From: Pseudomonadota bacterium
GTDB taxonomy: Bacteria; Pseudomonadota; Gammaproteobacteria; Steroidobacterales; Woeseiaceae
Length of the DNA stretch: 64,000 bases
Assembly: GCA_039700805.1 (NCBI GenBank)
Contig: JBCAZE010000003.1
Span: forward strand, 1,552-65,551
Direction of reading: 5' to 3'
In this document: positions 20,259-30,033 of the stretch, in pieces
How the letters are laid out: every line of letters starts with the position of its first letter
Numbering within the stretch: position 1 is the first letter of the stretch
Notes under the pieces: generated by a model
Told to the model about the DNA's origin: nothing
The model's database searches: none
Seen by the model: only the letters and a program-made list of their open reading frames with translations
Position numbers and translations under genes: made by a program

Positions 20259-21407
20259 CTAGATGGAGCTCGAAGCTTCGCTGTCTCGAGCATGACTGGT
20301 CGCAGCTTCTGTCGTCAGATTGAGCAAGGATTCGGCGCTTTTTTTCCAACTGTGACGCTCGATGTTTTGCAGCCCTTTTCGGCGCAGCGCCTCTCTCAAG
20401 GTCTCATCTTCTTGAATCGCCACCATGGCGGTTGCCAGTGAACCAGGGTCATCCGGGTCAATAAAGACCGCGGCATCACCACAAACCTCTGGCATCGCGC
20501 TACGGTTTGACGCGATCACAGGGCAGCCTTGTGACATCGCTTCAACGGGCGGTAATCCGAAGCCTTCGTAGTAGGAGGGAAATACAAGGCAGACCGCCTG
20601 TCGATAAAGCGCAACCAATAACTCATCGGAGACGAATCCCAGGTGCTGAATGCGCTCACTCTCGAGCTCCACGGGACTGAAGTGTCCTTGGACTCTCTGC
20701 CCGACGATCACCAGCATAGGTGCATCATCACCCAACTGTCGTGTCGCTTCTACGACGGCACGAAAGTTCTTGTTGGGATTGGCGCTGGAAACCGCGAGGA
20801 TAAATGGCTTGTCGGTTAGGCCAAGATCCGCCAGCTCTTTCGTCGACGACTCCAGGCGGTGCATATGCTCAACACCCGGGCCACAGCGCTGCATCTTCTC
20901 AATGTTCAGTCCGATACAACGATTCAGCTCGGCGCGAGTGAACTCCGAATTGACCAATATGTGCTGAGAACAGCGCCCGGCCACACTGTAAAGAACGCGA
21001 TACCACGTACGAAAAGGGAATGAGAAATTCTCCCCGATCACGAACGGCTGCGCGTCGTGAAGATAAATGATTTGCTTACGTTTGATCAGCGGCCCGGTGT
21101 TGCAGAGACTGATCAACCATTCACCACGCGTGATCAGTGGAAGGGAAAACTGCTCCCAAGCGTGGCCATCAAACGACCCGAGTCGGCGCAGAGGTAAGTT
21201 TGGCCACGGCGATGTTGTCGACCCACCCTTAGGTGCGACCAAGATCATTTGGCAACGGCCTGCAGGCGTCATCCAACAACCATCTTCATCCAGCATTTGA
21301 CTCGCGATCACCGAGAGTACTTCTCGCGCTACGCGCTCAACACCGGTGGTCGGACGGTCGATAAACCGCGCGTTAATCCAGACACGATGCGAAATTTCAG
21401 ATGCCAT
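20259..21407 (-). CDS. Glycosyltransferase family 4 (GT-B)
   Basis: EX7E region YYEGFGLPPVEAMSQGCPVIASN. Start ATG 21407 with GGAGGGAAG upstream. Overlaps the stop of the upstream gene. Confidence 0.85.
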   Translation of the reverse strand: MASEISHRVWINARFIDRPTTGVERVAREVLSVIASQMLDEDGCWMTPAGRCQMILVAPKGGSTTSPWPNLPLRRLGSFDGHAWEQFSLPLITRGEWLISLCNTGPLIKRKQIIYLHDAQPFVIGENFSFPFRTWYRVLYSVAGRCSQHILVNSEFTRAELNRCIGLNIEKMQRCGPGVEHMHRLESSTKELADLGLTDKPFILAVSSANPNKNFRAVVEATRQLGDDAPMLVIVGQRVQGHFSPVELESERIQHLGFVSDELLVALYRQAVCLVFPSYYEGFGLPPVEAMSQGCPVIASNRSAMPEVCGDAAVFIDPDDPGSLATAMVAIQEDETLREALRRKGLQNIERHSWKKSAESLLNLTTEAATSHARDSEASSSI

Positions 21408-22665
21408 GTGGCTTCCCTCCGTAGATATGTCGATCATCTGACTGGTAGAACACCTCAGATGAGGCAAGCGCCCGAACCACAACGCCACACGTGAGCGCGA
21501 GGATGGCGTTCTCGACAATATTGGTCATCGCGCCATAGACGAGCGTCGTTACAACCCAGCAAAACAACAACAGCTCCCTTTGACTGCGCAGCGGCTTCAG
21601 TCTCAGCGTACGCATTAGGAAGAAGATGAATCCGGGTAATGCCAGGGCACCAAAGACGACAAACCAGTACATAAAAATATTGTCACCGGCATTGAATCGA
21701 CTTGGTTCGAAGTAGGTTTGGGCCGTGCCGATGGCACCAATGCCTCGACCGAGCAACACCGAGCCAGACTCTTCCAATAGAGCCCACGCCTCAGGCCACA
21801 TACGATTGAGTCTGTCGTAGAAAGAGAATGTCGCACTTGCCAACGTTGGGTTCTGAAACGTGCTGTTAAATTCAAATGCCAGCGTAGACAGCGGCAACGC
21901 TAAACCGATAGACCCGAAGAAAGCCGGGATAGGTCGAATGAGTGATTGCGATAAATGCCGCTGCAGAATGACAACCGGTGTCAATACGAGCCAGACCAGC
22001 AAAATGCCCTTACTGTTGGTCGGAACAATCGCCATGACGGTGATTCCCCAGTAAGCCATCCGCATCAAGATGCTGCGCGACTGAAGCGTCATAACGATGC
22101 CCAACAACTGTACTTGAGCGGCTGCATCGAACGATGCGCGCGCCATGCCTGCCAGGCGTTTCTGCCCACCGTTTGCATACCATTGACGACTACCGTCGAC
22201 ATCGAGATCGCCAACGGCATAGGCATAACCTTCCCATGGATACTCGACGAACTGATTCGCAATGATCGCCCCCGCGACGAGCGCAAAGGCAATCGGGACC
22301 CAGGGCTCTGCCTTCTGCCATTGAGACAGAATCGTTCGTCCGCAACTCAGCCCAAAGAAGAAGGGCAGTAGCACATAAACGCCCATGATGGACTGAATAG
22401 GCGAAAGGAAAAGAAAGCCAACAACGCTGGCATAGCCGATGATGGCCAAAGCCATCAAGCGCATGGCATCCGCACCATGCTCAAAAGGCTCGGCGAGTAA
22501 TTGCCAAACGCAAGCGACGATCAACAGCAGGTTGGGTATGTAAATAAGCGGCGAGAGACCCACGGTCGATAAGTACATACGTGCGGGTCCAGCAGCGAGC
22601 GTCATCGCAACGTATGAGCCGAATGCCAGCCAAATCAAACGCTCTCTTCCTGCCTTCCCGAACAT
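21397..22665 (-). CDS. O-antigen polymerase/ligase-like (Wzy-type) membrane protein
   Basis: About 10 TM segments. Embedded between glycosyltransferase genes in a Wzx-containing locus. The assignment rests on context. Confidence 0.6.
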   Translation of the reverse strand: MFGKAGRERLIWLAFGSYVAMTLAAGPARMYLSTVGLSPLIYIPNLLLIVACVWQLLAEPFEHGADAMRLMALAIIGYASVVGFLFLSPIQSIMGVYVLLPFFFGLSCGRTILSQWQKAEPWVPIAFALVAGAIIANQFVEYPWEGYAYAVGDLDVDGSRQWYANGGQKRLAGMARASFDAAAQVQLLGIVMTLQSRSILMRMAYWGITVMAIVPTNSKGILLVWLVLTPVVILQRHLSQSLIRPIPAFFGSIGLALPLSTLAFEFNSTFQNPTLASATFSFYDRLNRMWPEAWALLEESGSVLLGRGIGAIGTAQTYFEPSRFNAGDNIFMYWFVVFGALALPGFIFFLMRTLRLKPLRSQRELLLFCWVVTTLVYGAMTNIVENAILALTCGVVVRALASSEVFYQSDDRHIYGGKPHGI

Positions 22666-22669
22666 TGAC

Positions 22670-23914
22670 CTATCCGTGCGCTTGCGCGACGAGATTGCTG
22701 TGCTTTGTCACGACGCGACTCAAGAAATCGATGTACTCGTTTGCCCGCTTGGCAGGTTGATACTCATGCGATTTCGCGAGTGCTGCCTCCGCAAGTGAGG
22801 CACGAGAAGACTCGAAGGTACCCAGCATGTGCATACAATCGGCAAGTGCCATGACATTGCCCGCTTCAAACACCATGCCGTTTTTCAGATGCTCGATTGA
22901 CTCAGGAATACCGCCCATCGTCGATCCAATGACCGGCAATCCTTGCGAGAAGGCTTCGAACACGCCGTTGCCTAAGGCTTCTCTAAGTTCAGAGGGAAAT
23001 ACCAAGACATCGATCTCATTGAAGAACTTGGCGGTATCGACATAACCGGCAAACTCGACTGGCGCCTCGGCATATTGTTGCTTCAACCCCTCGATATAGG
23101 CTGGATCCCCGTTCCCGGCGATCACAACTTCAAGATCGAAGTCTTTGCTGCTGAGGTAGCGCATGGCCTCAAGTAATGTCTCGACACCTTTGGCTTTCTC
23201 AACGCGGCCGAGGAAACCGAATCTAATCGGTTTGCTCGTGTCGCGGTGGCCAACGCTCGACTGAATGGTCAGCGAGGGTTTCAGCGCATTGTAGATAACG
23301 GTTCGCTCGGCATCTTGGAACAAACCATGATCCACATGCGCATCGAGCACAGCGCGGCTTACGCCGATAACGGCATCGGCAGCGTTCGTGTGTCGCCACC
23401 GCCAGGACGTCAACAAGCGACAACTGGTGCAGCGCGCATCCTTTTGTCCGCACACCTTGCCGTTCCTGAACATGCTGGTCTGAGGACACAGCAACGAGAA
23501 GTCGTGAATAACGTGTACGAGTGGTAAGCCCAACTGTTTCACAGCCGGCATCACAGCGGTCGAGAAGCCTTGCAGATTTCTTGTCAGCACAACATCAGGC
23601 TGGATGTTTCGCAGCGCGGTTTTGACAGCAGATGCCATGAGTCCGTTGTGCGTATCGATGGCATGCCACAACGCCTTCGTAACGCGACTACGCGCATGCC
23701 GCTGTTGATCGAAGGGCCAATACAAATTTTTGAGCGGCGTGGGATGGACCGTTACCGAGGACCCGTTGGATTCTGGCTTCTTGGGGCCATCAAGCGTGAT
23801 GATGTGGACATCGTGGCCGGCACGCGCCATTTCGTCCGACATGACCTTCAATCCTTGCTCGGCGCCGCCAACAATATTGGGCGGGTACAGACTTGAGATA
23901 TTCACAATACGCAT
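22670..23914 (-). CDS. Glycosyltransferase family 4
   Basis: N-terminus RIVNISSLYPPNIVGGAEQ. C-terminal EALGNGVFEAFSQGLPVIGS. ATG 23914 overlaps the wzx stop (TGATG). Confidence 0.85.
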   Translation of the reverse strand: MRIVNISSLYPPNIVGGAEQGLKVMSDEMARAGHDVHIITLDGPKKPESNGSSVTVHPTPLKNLYWPFDQQRHARSRVTKALWHAIDTHNGLMASAVKTALRNIQPDVVLTRNLQGFSTAVMPAVKQLGLPLVHVIHDFSLLCPQTSMFRNGKVCGQKDARCTSCRLLTSWRWRHTNAADAVIGVSRAVLDAHVDHGLFQDAERTVIYNALKPSLTIQSSVGHRDTSKPIRFGFLGRVEKAKGVETLLEAMRYLSSKDFDLEVVIAGNGDPAYIEGLKQQYAEAPVEFAGYVDTAKFFNEIDVLVFPSELREALGNGVFEAFSQGLPVIGSTMGGIPESIEHLKNGMVFEAGNVMALADCMHMLGTFESSRASLAEAALAKSHEYQPAKRANEYIDFLSRVVTKHSNLVAQAHG

Positions 23915-25185
23915 CAACGCGACTCCTGCAATGACGAGGAAAACCGATAGGCCAGCATTTTGACGACTTCACCAATCACAAGCGCCGCGATGAGGCCGGT
24001 CACAGAAAAGTAGTAGGCCAGTACGCACGTCGCGATAATCTGGACGACAGCACCGAGCACGAGACTCTGAGAAAAGCGTCGCGTTTGACCGAGCGCCATC
24101 ACCGCTAACTGACCATAAGCGGTGACGATGATGTGGCATACAATCCAGACCTGAAGACACTGTAAGATCCAACTGAAGGCACTCATCTCTGAACCGAACA
24201 GCAAGTCGGTGACCGGGCGGGCGACGACAACCATGACTACCGCGGCAAGGATCACCGCCAGCGACGTCCCCAACACCCAACGTCTTGCAATTCGCGTGGC
24301 TGATGTTCGATCTTGCAACGCACGTTCTGAGATATAGGGATACAAGGCACGGATGATCGGCTGAAAACCACTGGCAACGGCCTTCGCAATCTTTTCCATC
24401 GCCGCGTAAATCCCGACCAGAGATTCACTCGCTAACAAGCTCAGCATGAAGACCGTGCTGTTGTTCGCAACGTTCATCGCGAACTCGGATGGCGTTAAGA
24501 AACGAACCTCGCGAAGCACATTCTTAACGATGGGTATGACCTCTGCCGGCGGCAAGAAAAAACGCATCCCCAGGCGTTTGATGGTCGTCATGTGGGCCAC
24601 GAAGCCAGCCACTGCAGTACCTGAGGCCTGCAAGAACGCGGCGAGCACGAGGTCGTCCGGTGAATCGATCAATAGAAAAATCAACACTGACACAAAGATG
24701 CGACCGGATACGGCGCAGATTGTTGTCATATGCATGATCTGCAGACCCTGGAACAACCAGGTGGGAAACAGGAACGTACCGAGTACGATCATGAACGTCG
24801 CCAGGTACACCGCCGCGTTTTCGGTGAGGGCGGGCACCGTATAGACAAGAACCACGAGCGTAAGGCTACCAACGATAGCGATCGCCGCACGCAGCCACTG
24901 TGTTGCTGCATAGACTTGCAAGACACGTGACGGGTCTTGCCGGCCTCTCGCGATCTCACGCGTCGCCAACGTGTTGAAACCAGCATCGATCAGCAGCACA
25001 AGAATCATCACCGTGGCGTAAGCAGTCGCCATCACGCCATAAGCCGCTGTACCAAGACGAGCGATCAGGAATGGAAGAATGATGACGGGGATGGCGTAGT
25101 TCGCCATCTGCAGGGCAAACAACGCTCGCGCGTTCGCCGCAACGCTCGCGGGCTGAACGGTCTCGGCTCGAGTGGCCGCGCTCAT
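23914..25185 (-). CDS. wzx: Oligosaccharide flippase (Wzx / MOP superfamily)
   Basis: About 12 TM segments. RfbX-like N-terminus. ATGA overlap with the upstream gene. Confidence 0.75.
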   Translation of the reverse strand: MSAATRAETVQPASVAANARALFALQMANYAIPVIILPFLIARLGTAAYGVMATAYATVMILVLLIDAGFNTLATREIARGRQDPSRVLQVYAATQWLRAAIAIVGSLTLVVLVYTVPALTENAAVYLATFMIVLGTFLFPTWLFQGLQIMHMTTICAVSGRIFVSVLIFLLIDSPDDLVLAAFLQASGTAVAGFVAHMTTIKRLGMRFFLPPAEVIPIVKNVLREVRFLTPSEFAMNVANNSTVFMLSLLASESLVGIYAAMEKIAKAVASGFQPIIRALYPYISERALQDRTSATRIARRWVLGTSLAVILAAVVMVVVARPVTDLLFGSEMSAFSWILQCLQVWIVCHIIVTAYGQLAVMALGQTRRFSQSLVLGAVVQIIATCVLAYYFSVTGLIAALVIGEVVKMLAYRFSSSLQESR

Positions 25186-26417
25186 GAAGCACCACTCTGT
25201 TTCGGATTCCCGAACATCAAGAGCGACTTCAACTCAGCCCACTGTTCATCAAACAGGCTGCTCTGCGTTTTCCGTTGGCTGACGTAAGCCTGTACCAACA
25301 CCCAGAACAAGCAGACAATACCAACACCAATAAAGGTCAGGATCGCGGCCAGAGCAGTGCGAGGTTTCGATTTATCATGCGGGGCAATGGCGTGATCTAA
25401 CACTTGGAACAATGACAAATCTCGTCGCTCATCGATCTTGCCGAGCTCACTCAGTTGACCGATCAACTCGACGATGTTCTCCCAGTAGCGCACGTCACGA
25501 CTACGCTGGGAGAATGCAAGCAAGGTATCGGGCACAGAGCCCAAGTTGACCATTGCATTGCCGTCCGCCTCGACCCCATTGGAAATTTTGGTCAGTCGAT
25601 CAAGTTCCGCGCGGAGTTCTTTGAGCTCTTTACGAATCAGAACGACGTCTTGGTTCGTGTCAGTGGCATACGAGGCCATTGTGCGCAACTGGATCTCTCG
25701 CGTCGCAATGCGACTTTGGATTTCGGCGGCGCCGAGTACGATCGTTTGATCTTGCCCGGCAATGCCGGCATAGCCAGTCTCTTTGTTGGTCGTTAGCAAG
25801 CGAAGGTCCGCATTGGCGAGATTCTGACGCGCAGCATCCAAAGCCGTCGCATAAAAGTCGGCACGCCGGCTTGCCTGTTGACGTGCGAGGTCCTGTGAGA
25901 ACTTATAGAACTCAGCAACGTAAGCATTCGAGAGATCCGCAGCGATCTGTCGATCGGTGTCTTCAACAGATACCGATACGATGCCATTTTTGGCAGCACG
26001 AATGACAGTAGCGCCGCTGAGTTTGCGGCGCGCATCAGCGATCTGGGCCACACCGTAATATTCGAGCAACTGCTGCCGCTCGATAACCGCATCAACAATA
26101 GTGCGACTCGTGAGGATGCCAACAAACAAATCGGTCGGGTTCTTCAATGCCAGTGCACTGTTACCCAGCTGACTTTCGCCGCCAAGCTGGTTTTGCATAG
26201 CCATGACCGTGTTCTCGTTGTACTGCGGCGGCAGCAAGCGTGCTGTCGCGGTGTAGATTGGGTCCGAGAGCTTGCAATAGACAATGGCAATGATCGCGCA
26301 AACGAGTGGTGTTCCAACCAGAAAACGAAAACGCCGCGCGGCGACAAGGAGCAACGGCATGATGCTCTGCGTCAACTCATCCCGCTTGGTCTCCTCGGGC
26401 GCTGGAGATGCCTCCAT
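25182..26417 (-). CDS. Polysaccharide chain-length determinant (PCP/Wzz/GumC-like) without a kinase domain
   Basis: TM segment + YTATARLLPPQ motif + long coiled-coil periplasmic region + C-terminal TM segment. ATG 26417 overlaps the exporter stop (TGATG). Confidence 0.7.
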   Translation of the reverse strand: MEASPAPEETKRDELTQSIMPLLLVAARRFRFLVGTPLVCAIIAIVYCKLSDPIYTATARLLPPQYNENTVMAMQNQLGGESQLGNSALALKNPTDLFVGILTSRTIVDAVIERQQLLEYYGVAQIADARRKLSGATVIRAAKNGIVSVSVEDTDRQIAADLSNAYVAEFYKFSQDLARQQASRRADFYATALDAARQNLANADLRLLTTNKETGYAGIAGQDQTIVLGAAEIQSRIATREIQLRTMASYATDTNQDVVLIRKELKELRAELDRLTKISNGVEADGNAMVNLGSVPDTLLAFSQRSRDVRYWENIVELIGQLSELGKIDERRDLSLFQVLDHAIAPHDKSKPRTALAAILTFIGVGIVCLFWVLVQAYVSQRKTQSSLFDEQWAELKSLLMFGNPKQSGAS

Positions 26418-28669
26418 CAGAAGACCTCCAAAAGGTTGAGGCCAGCGGCCCCCAGACCCAGCTGATACAAGACCTGAGTCCAATCTTTGATGCGCCGCAC
26501 CGTACGTTCTCTATCAACCTCTTCAGGAACAATGACGGTGTCGCCCGGGCGGATTCTTAGACCGCGCGTAACTTGACGGAATGAACCATCTGGACGAATG
26601 ACGTAAACATTTCGTGTATCAGCGACTTCCAAAAGACCTGCGTTCTGGAGGTAACCTTTGAGCTTGGTGCCGTTATAAATGAACGATCCCTGTCGATACA
26701 CAGCACCGACCACTTCGATCGTCGGTGGCACCGACGGCACGTGCAACACATCGCCGTCTTCGAGATTGAGTCGTGGCAACGCCGACGTACTGGTGATCTC
26801 GTCATCAAGCTCAAGGACAATGCGACCGTTGGGTTCACTTTCTCTTAGTTGCTCGATGAGACCACGAATAGCGGCAGCCTCGGGCATGATCGAATGCGTG
26901 AGATCACCCGTCAGCACATTCCGTGAGCGTTCTATCAGGTGGCGATAGTAGTCCTGCTCCAGTTGATCTATCGATTCATCGATTCGTTTGCGCTGTCGTT
27001 CACGGATCGAGGTGCGAGACATTTCCAGGCCATAGAGATAAGCCGCGTCCGTGAGTCCGCCGGCCATCCGCAAGGCATCTTCGATCGTATCGTTTGGCCC
27101 AACGGGATACACACCAGCACGTGCCACTTCGCCTTCGATCCGGACGAAACGACGCGTCGCGTCTCGTCGAACACGAAAGTCCTTGAGTGAAAATACCGTC
27201 ACACGGTCGCCCGGCTGTAGCAGGTGATCCTCGATCGGATTACGTTGGTTGACCACATCGCCAAGACGAAAGGGAATCAAGCTAGTCCGCAACGTGTTGG
27301 GATTAGTGCGCTCAATCACCGCGTATTCCCAATTGATGTCGGGGAAATCGATACGCAGGCCTGTATCTGCAGCCGTGGTGATGAGTTCGGCGACCTGTCG
27401 CTGCTCGTTTCTGCGTATCCAATAGTTCGGTGATATCAGCGCCTCGGCGTCGGGCAATAAGTCCGACAATCGCATACCGTCGCGCCATTCGTGACGCAGC
27501 GGCTGCGCGACATGTCCACGCAGTGTGACCGCGTTTTGGAACTGCGGTGAAATCGGCTGAACCAGCACCAGATCACCTTTTTGTAACGGGCGCTGCAGCG
27601 CTGCCTCGTCGAGCACAAATTCTTCGACCACACGCTGCCCGTCGGTGGATATGCGCTCCATGACAATGCGATGTTTGGTGGCAACAACACTGAGACCGCC
27701 CCCATGGGCCAGCAACTGAGCCAGAGTTTCGCCTTTCGCCAATTGGTAAATGCCCTGACGATTGATCGCACCAGCAAGCGCCACCTCACCGTGCATGGGC
27801 TGCAAGTGCAGCACATCACCAGTCCGCATGCGAAGAGAATGCTTGAACTGCCCGGCGTTTAAGAACTCGTAGAAGTCTGCCTCAAGCAAGACTTCGCCGT
27901 CACGCAACCACTGAATGCGCCGCAAGTCACCGGCGGCATCGGGACCGCCTGCATAAAACAACACGTTCATCGGTGTGGATAAGGCACTGACCGTGTAGCT
28001 GCCTGGGACGCGCGCAAAGCCGGTGACATAAACGCGAACGGATCGCAGCTGCCCCATAGCAACACTTAACTCAAAACTGTGAAACGCACGACCGATGGCC
28101 GCCTCGAGATGCGACTTGAGTTCACCGTATCGCACACCACGCAGCGGGATCTCACCAACCTTGGGCAACGAGATCACCCCGTTGCGATCAATGGTGACGC
28201 GTACATCGAGATCGATTGAGCCCCAAGCGCGGATATACACCTCATCGCCGCTATCGAGGACAAAGTCATCGGGCACGGCAATATCAGTTACTGGATCGAA
28301 ACCACGTGACGCGTCTGCAAATAACGAAGCGCCATAGACCGGCAACTTGAATCCGAGGGTTTGCTCAACCAATCGATGGAACGGCGATTCGCTAGGCGCT
28401 GGCAGCTCAAGCTTCGGCGCCTCAGTCGGGCTTTGAACCTTGCGCGGTTCGCGGACATCTAGCCGAAGGGTCGGATAAGTGATGTCCCCACCCGCGGGCA
28501 TCTCCATGCTGCCGAGGCCATCATTGGCAACCGGCAAGTCGGTCGTTAGCGGTGCGTTTTTCAGCGCTTGATAACGCTCGTTGGTACTTTGCGCGTTGGC
28601 GATATCAGTCGCAAACAGCGCAGTCGCTAGCAGCACCAATCCAGATAAAAACGTCGACTTTGGCATCAT
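26417..28669 (-). CDS. Large polysaccharide export protein (Wza-like Poly_export domain plus several SLBB domains)
   Basis: Signal peptide. LDSGDEVYIRAWGSIDLDVRVTIDRNGVISLPKVGEIPLRG, plus repeated GD.(V/L)...P SLBB-like modules. Confidence 0.85.
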   Translation of the reverse strand: MMPKSTFLSGLVLLATALFATDIANAQSTNERYQALKNAPLTTDLPVANDGLGSMEMPAGGDITYPTLRLDVREPRKVQSPTEAPKLELPAPSESPFHRLVEQTLGFKLPVYGASLFADASRGFDPVTDIAVPDDFVLDSGDEVYIRAWGSIDLDVRVTIDRNGVISLPKVGEIPLRGVRYGELKSHLEAAIGRAFHSFELSVAMGQLRSVRVYVTGFARVPGSYTVSALSTPMNVLFYAGGPDAAGDLRRIQWLRDGEVLLEADFYEFLNAGQFKHSLRMRTGDVLHLQPMHGEVALAGAINRQGIYQLAKGETLAQLLAHGGGLSVVATKHRIVMERISTDGQRVVEEFVLDEAALQRPLQKGDLVLVQPISPQFQNAVTLRGHVAQPLRHEWRDGMRLSDLLPDAEALISPNYWIRRNEQRQVAELITTAADTGLRIDFPDINWEYAVIERTNPNTLRTSLIPFRLGDVVNQRNPIEDHLLQPGDRVTVFSLKDFRVRRDATRRFVRIEGEVARAGVYPVGPNDTIEDALRMAGGLTDAAYLYGLEMSRTSIRERQRKRIDESIDQLEQDYYRHLIERSRNVLTGDLTHSIMPEAAAIRGLIEQLRESEPNGRIVLELDDEITSTSALPRLNLEDGDVLHVPSVPPTIEVVGAVYRQGSFIYNGTKLKGYLQNAGLLEVADTRNVYVIRPDGSFRQVTRGLRIRPGDTVIVPEEVDRERTVRRIKDWTQVLYQLGLGAAGLNLLEVF

Positions 28670-28885
28670 TTTCTCAAAGCATTGCTCATTACAGTTTGAT
28701 CATTATCATTATGATAAAACTGAGATACCGTGATCGAATTAGCAGTTTTAGTAATAATTCTGATACTAAATCTGTTACTAAATCGATAATAATGATATTT
28801 CTTGACGCGTTTTGTGACTTGAATCACGGACGAAAATCAAGAGACATCTACACTAATCGGCAGTCCGACGAGGAACTGAAATATC
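28670..28885. promoter_or_regulatory. AT-rich divergent control region of the two polysaccharide operons
   Basis: Visibly AT-rich compared with its flanks. Perfect 7-1-7 inverted repeat TTATCATtATGATAA (28703-28717). Direct repeat ACTAAATC at 28765 and 28777. TTGACG at 28802. Confidence 0.5.
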
Positions 28886-29488
28886 GTGAAAGAAAAACAG
28901 GTAACAGAGGCCGTTGTCGGCTCATTGCAAGCCGCCAAGATGCTCGGAGTGTCAGTGCGGACCATCCAGCTTTGGGTCGAGAAAGGGGTACTCAAAGCGT
29001 GGAAAACACCAGGCGGCCATCGCCGGATTACTGTCGCATCGATAGAACAAGCGCTTTTGAAGCCCGATTCAGGTACCGAACTGCCGACAGCACCTCAAAA
29101 CGACAAAAAACCACTAAAGGTTTTGGTGGTTGAGGACGAACCCTCTGTAAGCGCCTATAACGAAGCGCTCATTAGCATGGTGTGCCCTGGCGCAGTTTTG
29201 CTGTCCGCCACAGACGGGATAGAAGCGTTGCTGGTCATCGGAAGAGAGTCGCCCGATGTTGTGTTGCTAGATATCGACATACCGTTGATGGACGGATTGG
29301 TGATGCTGAGGAAGCTGAACGAAATGCAAATTGGCGAAAATATGCAAATCGCGATCGTATCGTCGCTCAGTGAAGCGCAGATCGCCGCACGTGGCGGACT
29401 ACCCGAGGGTATTGCCCGTTATCAAAAACCGCTGCCATTAGACGCATTGGAATCGATTCTCGCGGGTTCGAGAAAAGGAGAGCGCTAG
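28886..29488 (+). CDS. Response regulator with N-terminal excisionase/MerR-type HTH and C-terminal receiver
   Basis: HTH: LQAAKMLGVSVRTIQLWVEKGVLKAWKTPGGHRRI. REC: KVLVVEDEP...DVVLLDIDIPLMDG. GTG start. Confidence 0.8.
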   Translation: MKEKQVTEAVVGSLQAAKMLGVSVRTIQLWVEKGVLKAWKTPGGHRRITVASIEQALLKPDSGTELPTAPQNDKKPLKVLVVEDEPSVSAYNEALISMVCPGAVLLSATDGIEALLVIGRESPDVVLLDIDIPLMDGLVMLRKLNEMQIGENMQIAIVSSLSEAQIAARGGLPEGIARYQKPLPLDALESILAGSRKGER

Positions 29489-30033
29489 TGCGTGGAACGA
29501 TGTTTGTTGAGTTTTTCGATCATGTCGAGCGTCATCACGGCATCGACGTTGTCGATCGAATTATCGAGGAAAGCGCGCAGCACACCTCGACAGGTGGGGC
29601 GTACACCAGCGTCGGCAATTATCCGCACGGAGAATTGTTGGCACTCGCGACGGCACTGAGCAATGTCTGCGGCGAAGACCTCGTCAGCATTATCGATAAA
29701 TTCGCGATCCATATCATGGACGCCTTCAAACGCATGCACCCCGAATACTTCGAGGTTGGCAACGCGTTTGATTTCCTGAGTTCGGTGGGCGCGTCGATTC
29801 ACAAAGACGTCCGCAAACTATATCCCGATGCCAACCCGCCAGAGGTCGAAGCCTCACTACAGGCGGACGGCTCATTACTGCTGCATTACCGTTCACATCG
29901 ACCGCTCGCGCACCTAGCACTCGCGCTGACTCGGCTCGCAACACAAATGTATGGCGAGACAATCGACGTCGAGATCGTCGAGATGAGCGCGGAGGGGAAC
30001 GCAGCAGCAATGCGCCTGAGGCGAGCGCAATGA
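29488..30033 (+). CDS. hnoX: H-NOX (haem NO/O2-binding) sensor protein
   Basis: N-terminus MRGTMFVEFF..HG.DVVD. Proximal His105 in GASIHKDVRKLYPDANPP. Y134-x-S136-x-R138 haem-propionate motif (HYRSHR). GTG start overlaps the upstream stop (TAGTG), with AAAAGGAGAG upstream. Confidence 0.85.
   Translation: MRGTMFVEFFDHVERHHGIDVVDRIIEESAQHTSTGGAYTSVGNYPHGELLALATALSNVCGEDLVSIIDKFAIHIMDAFKRMHPEYFEVGNAFDFLSSVGASIHKDVRKLYPDANPPEVEASLQADGSLLLHYRSHRPLAHLALALTRLATQMYGETIDVEIVEMSAEGNAAAMRLRRAQ

Noticed and set aside
28552-29133. 193-aa plus-strand ORF spanning the AT-rich intergenic region
   Set aside because: It crosses the exporter gene start, the AT-rich spacer and the regulator gene in a different frame. 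Its translation is low-complexity.
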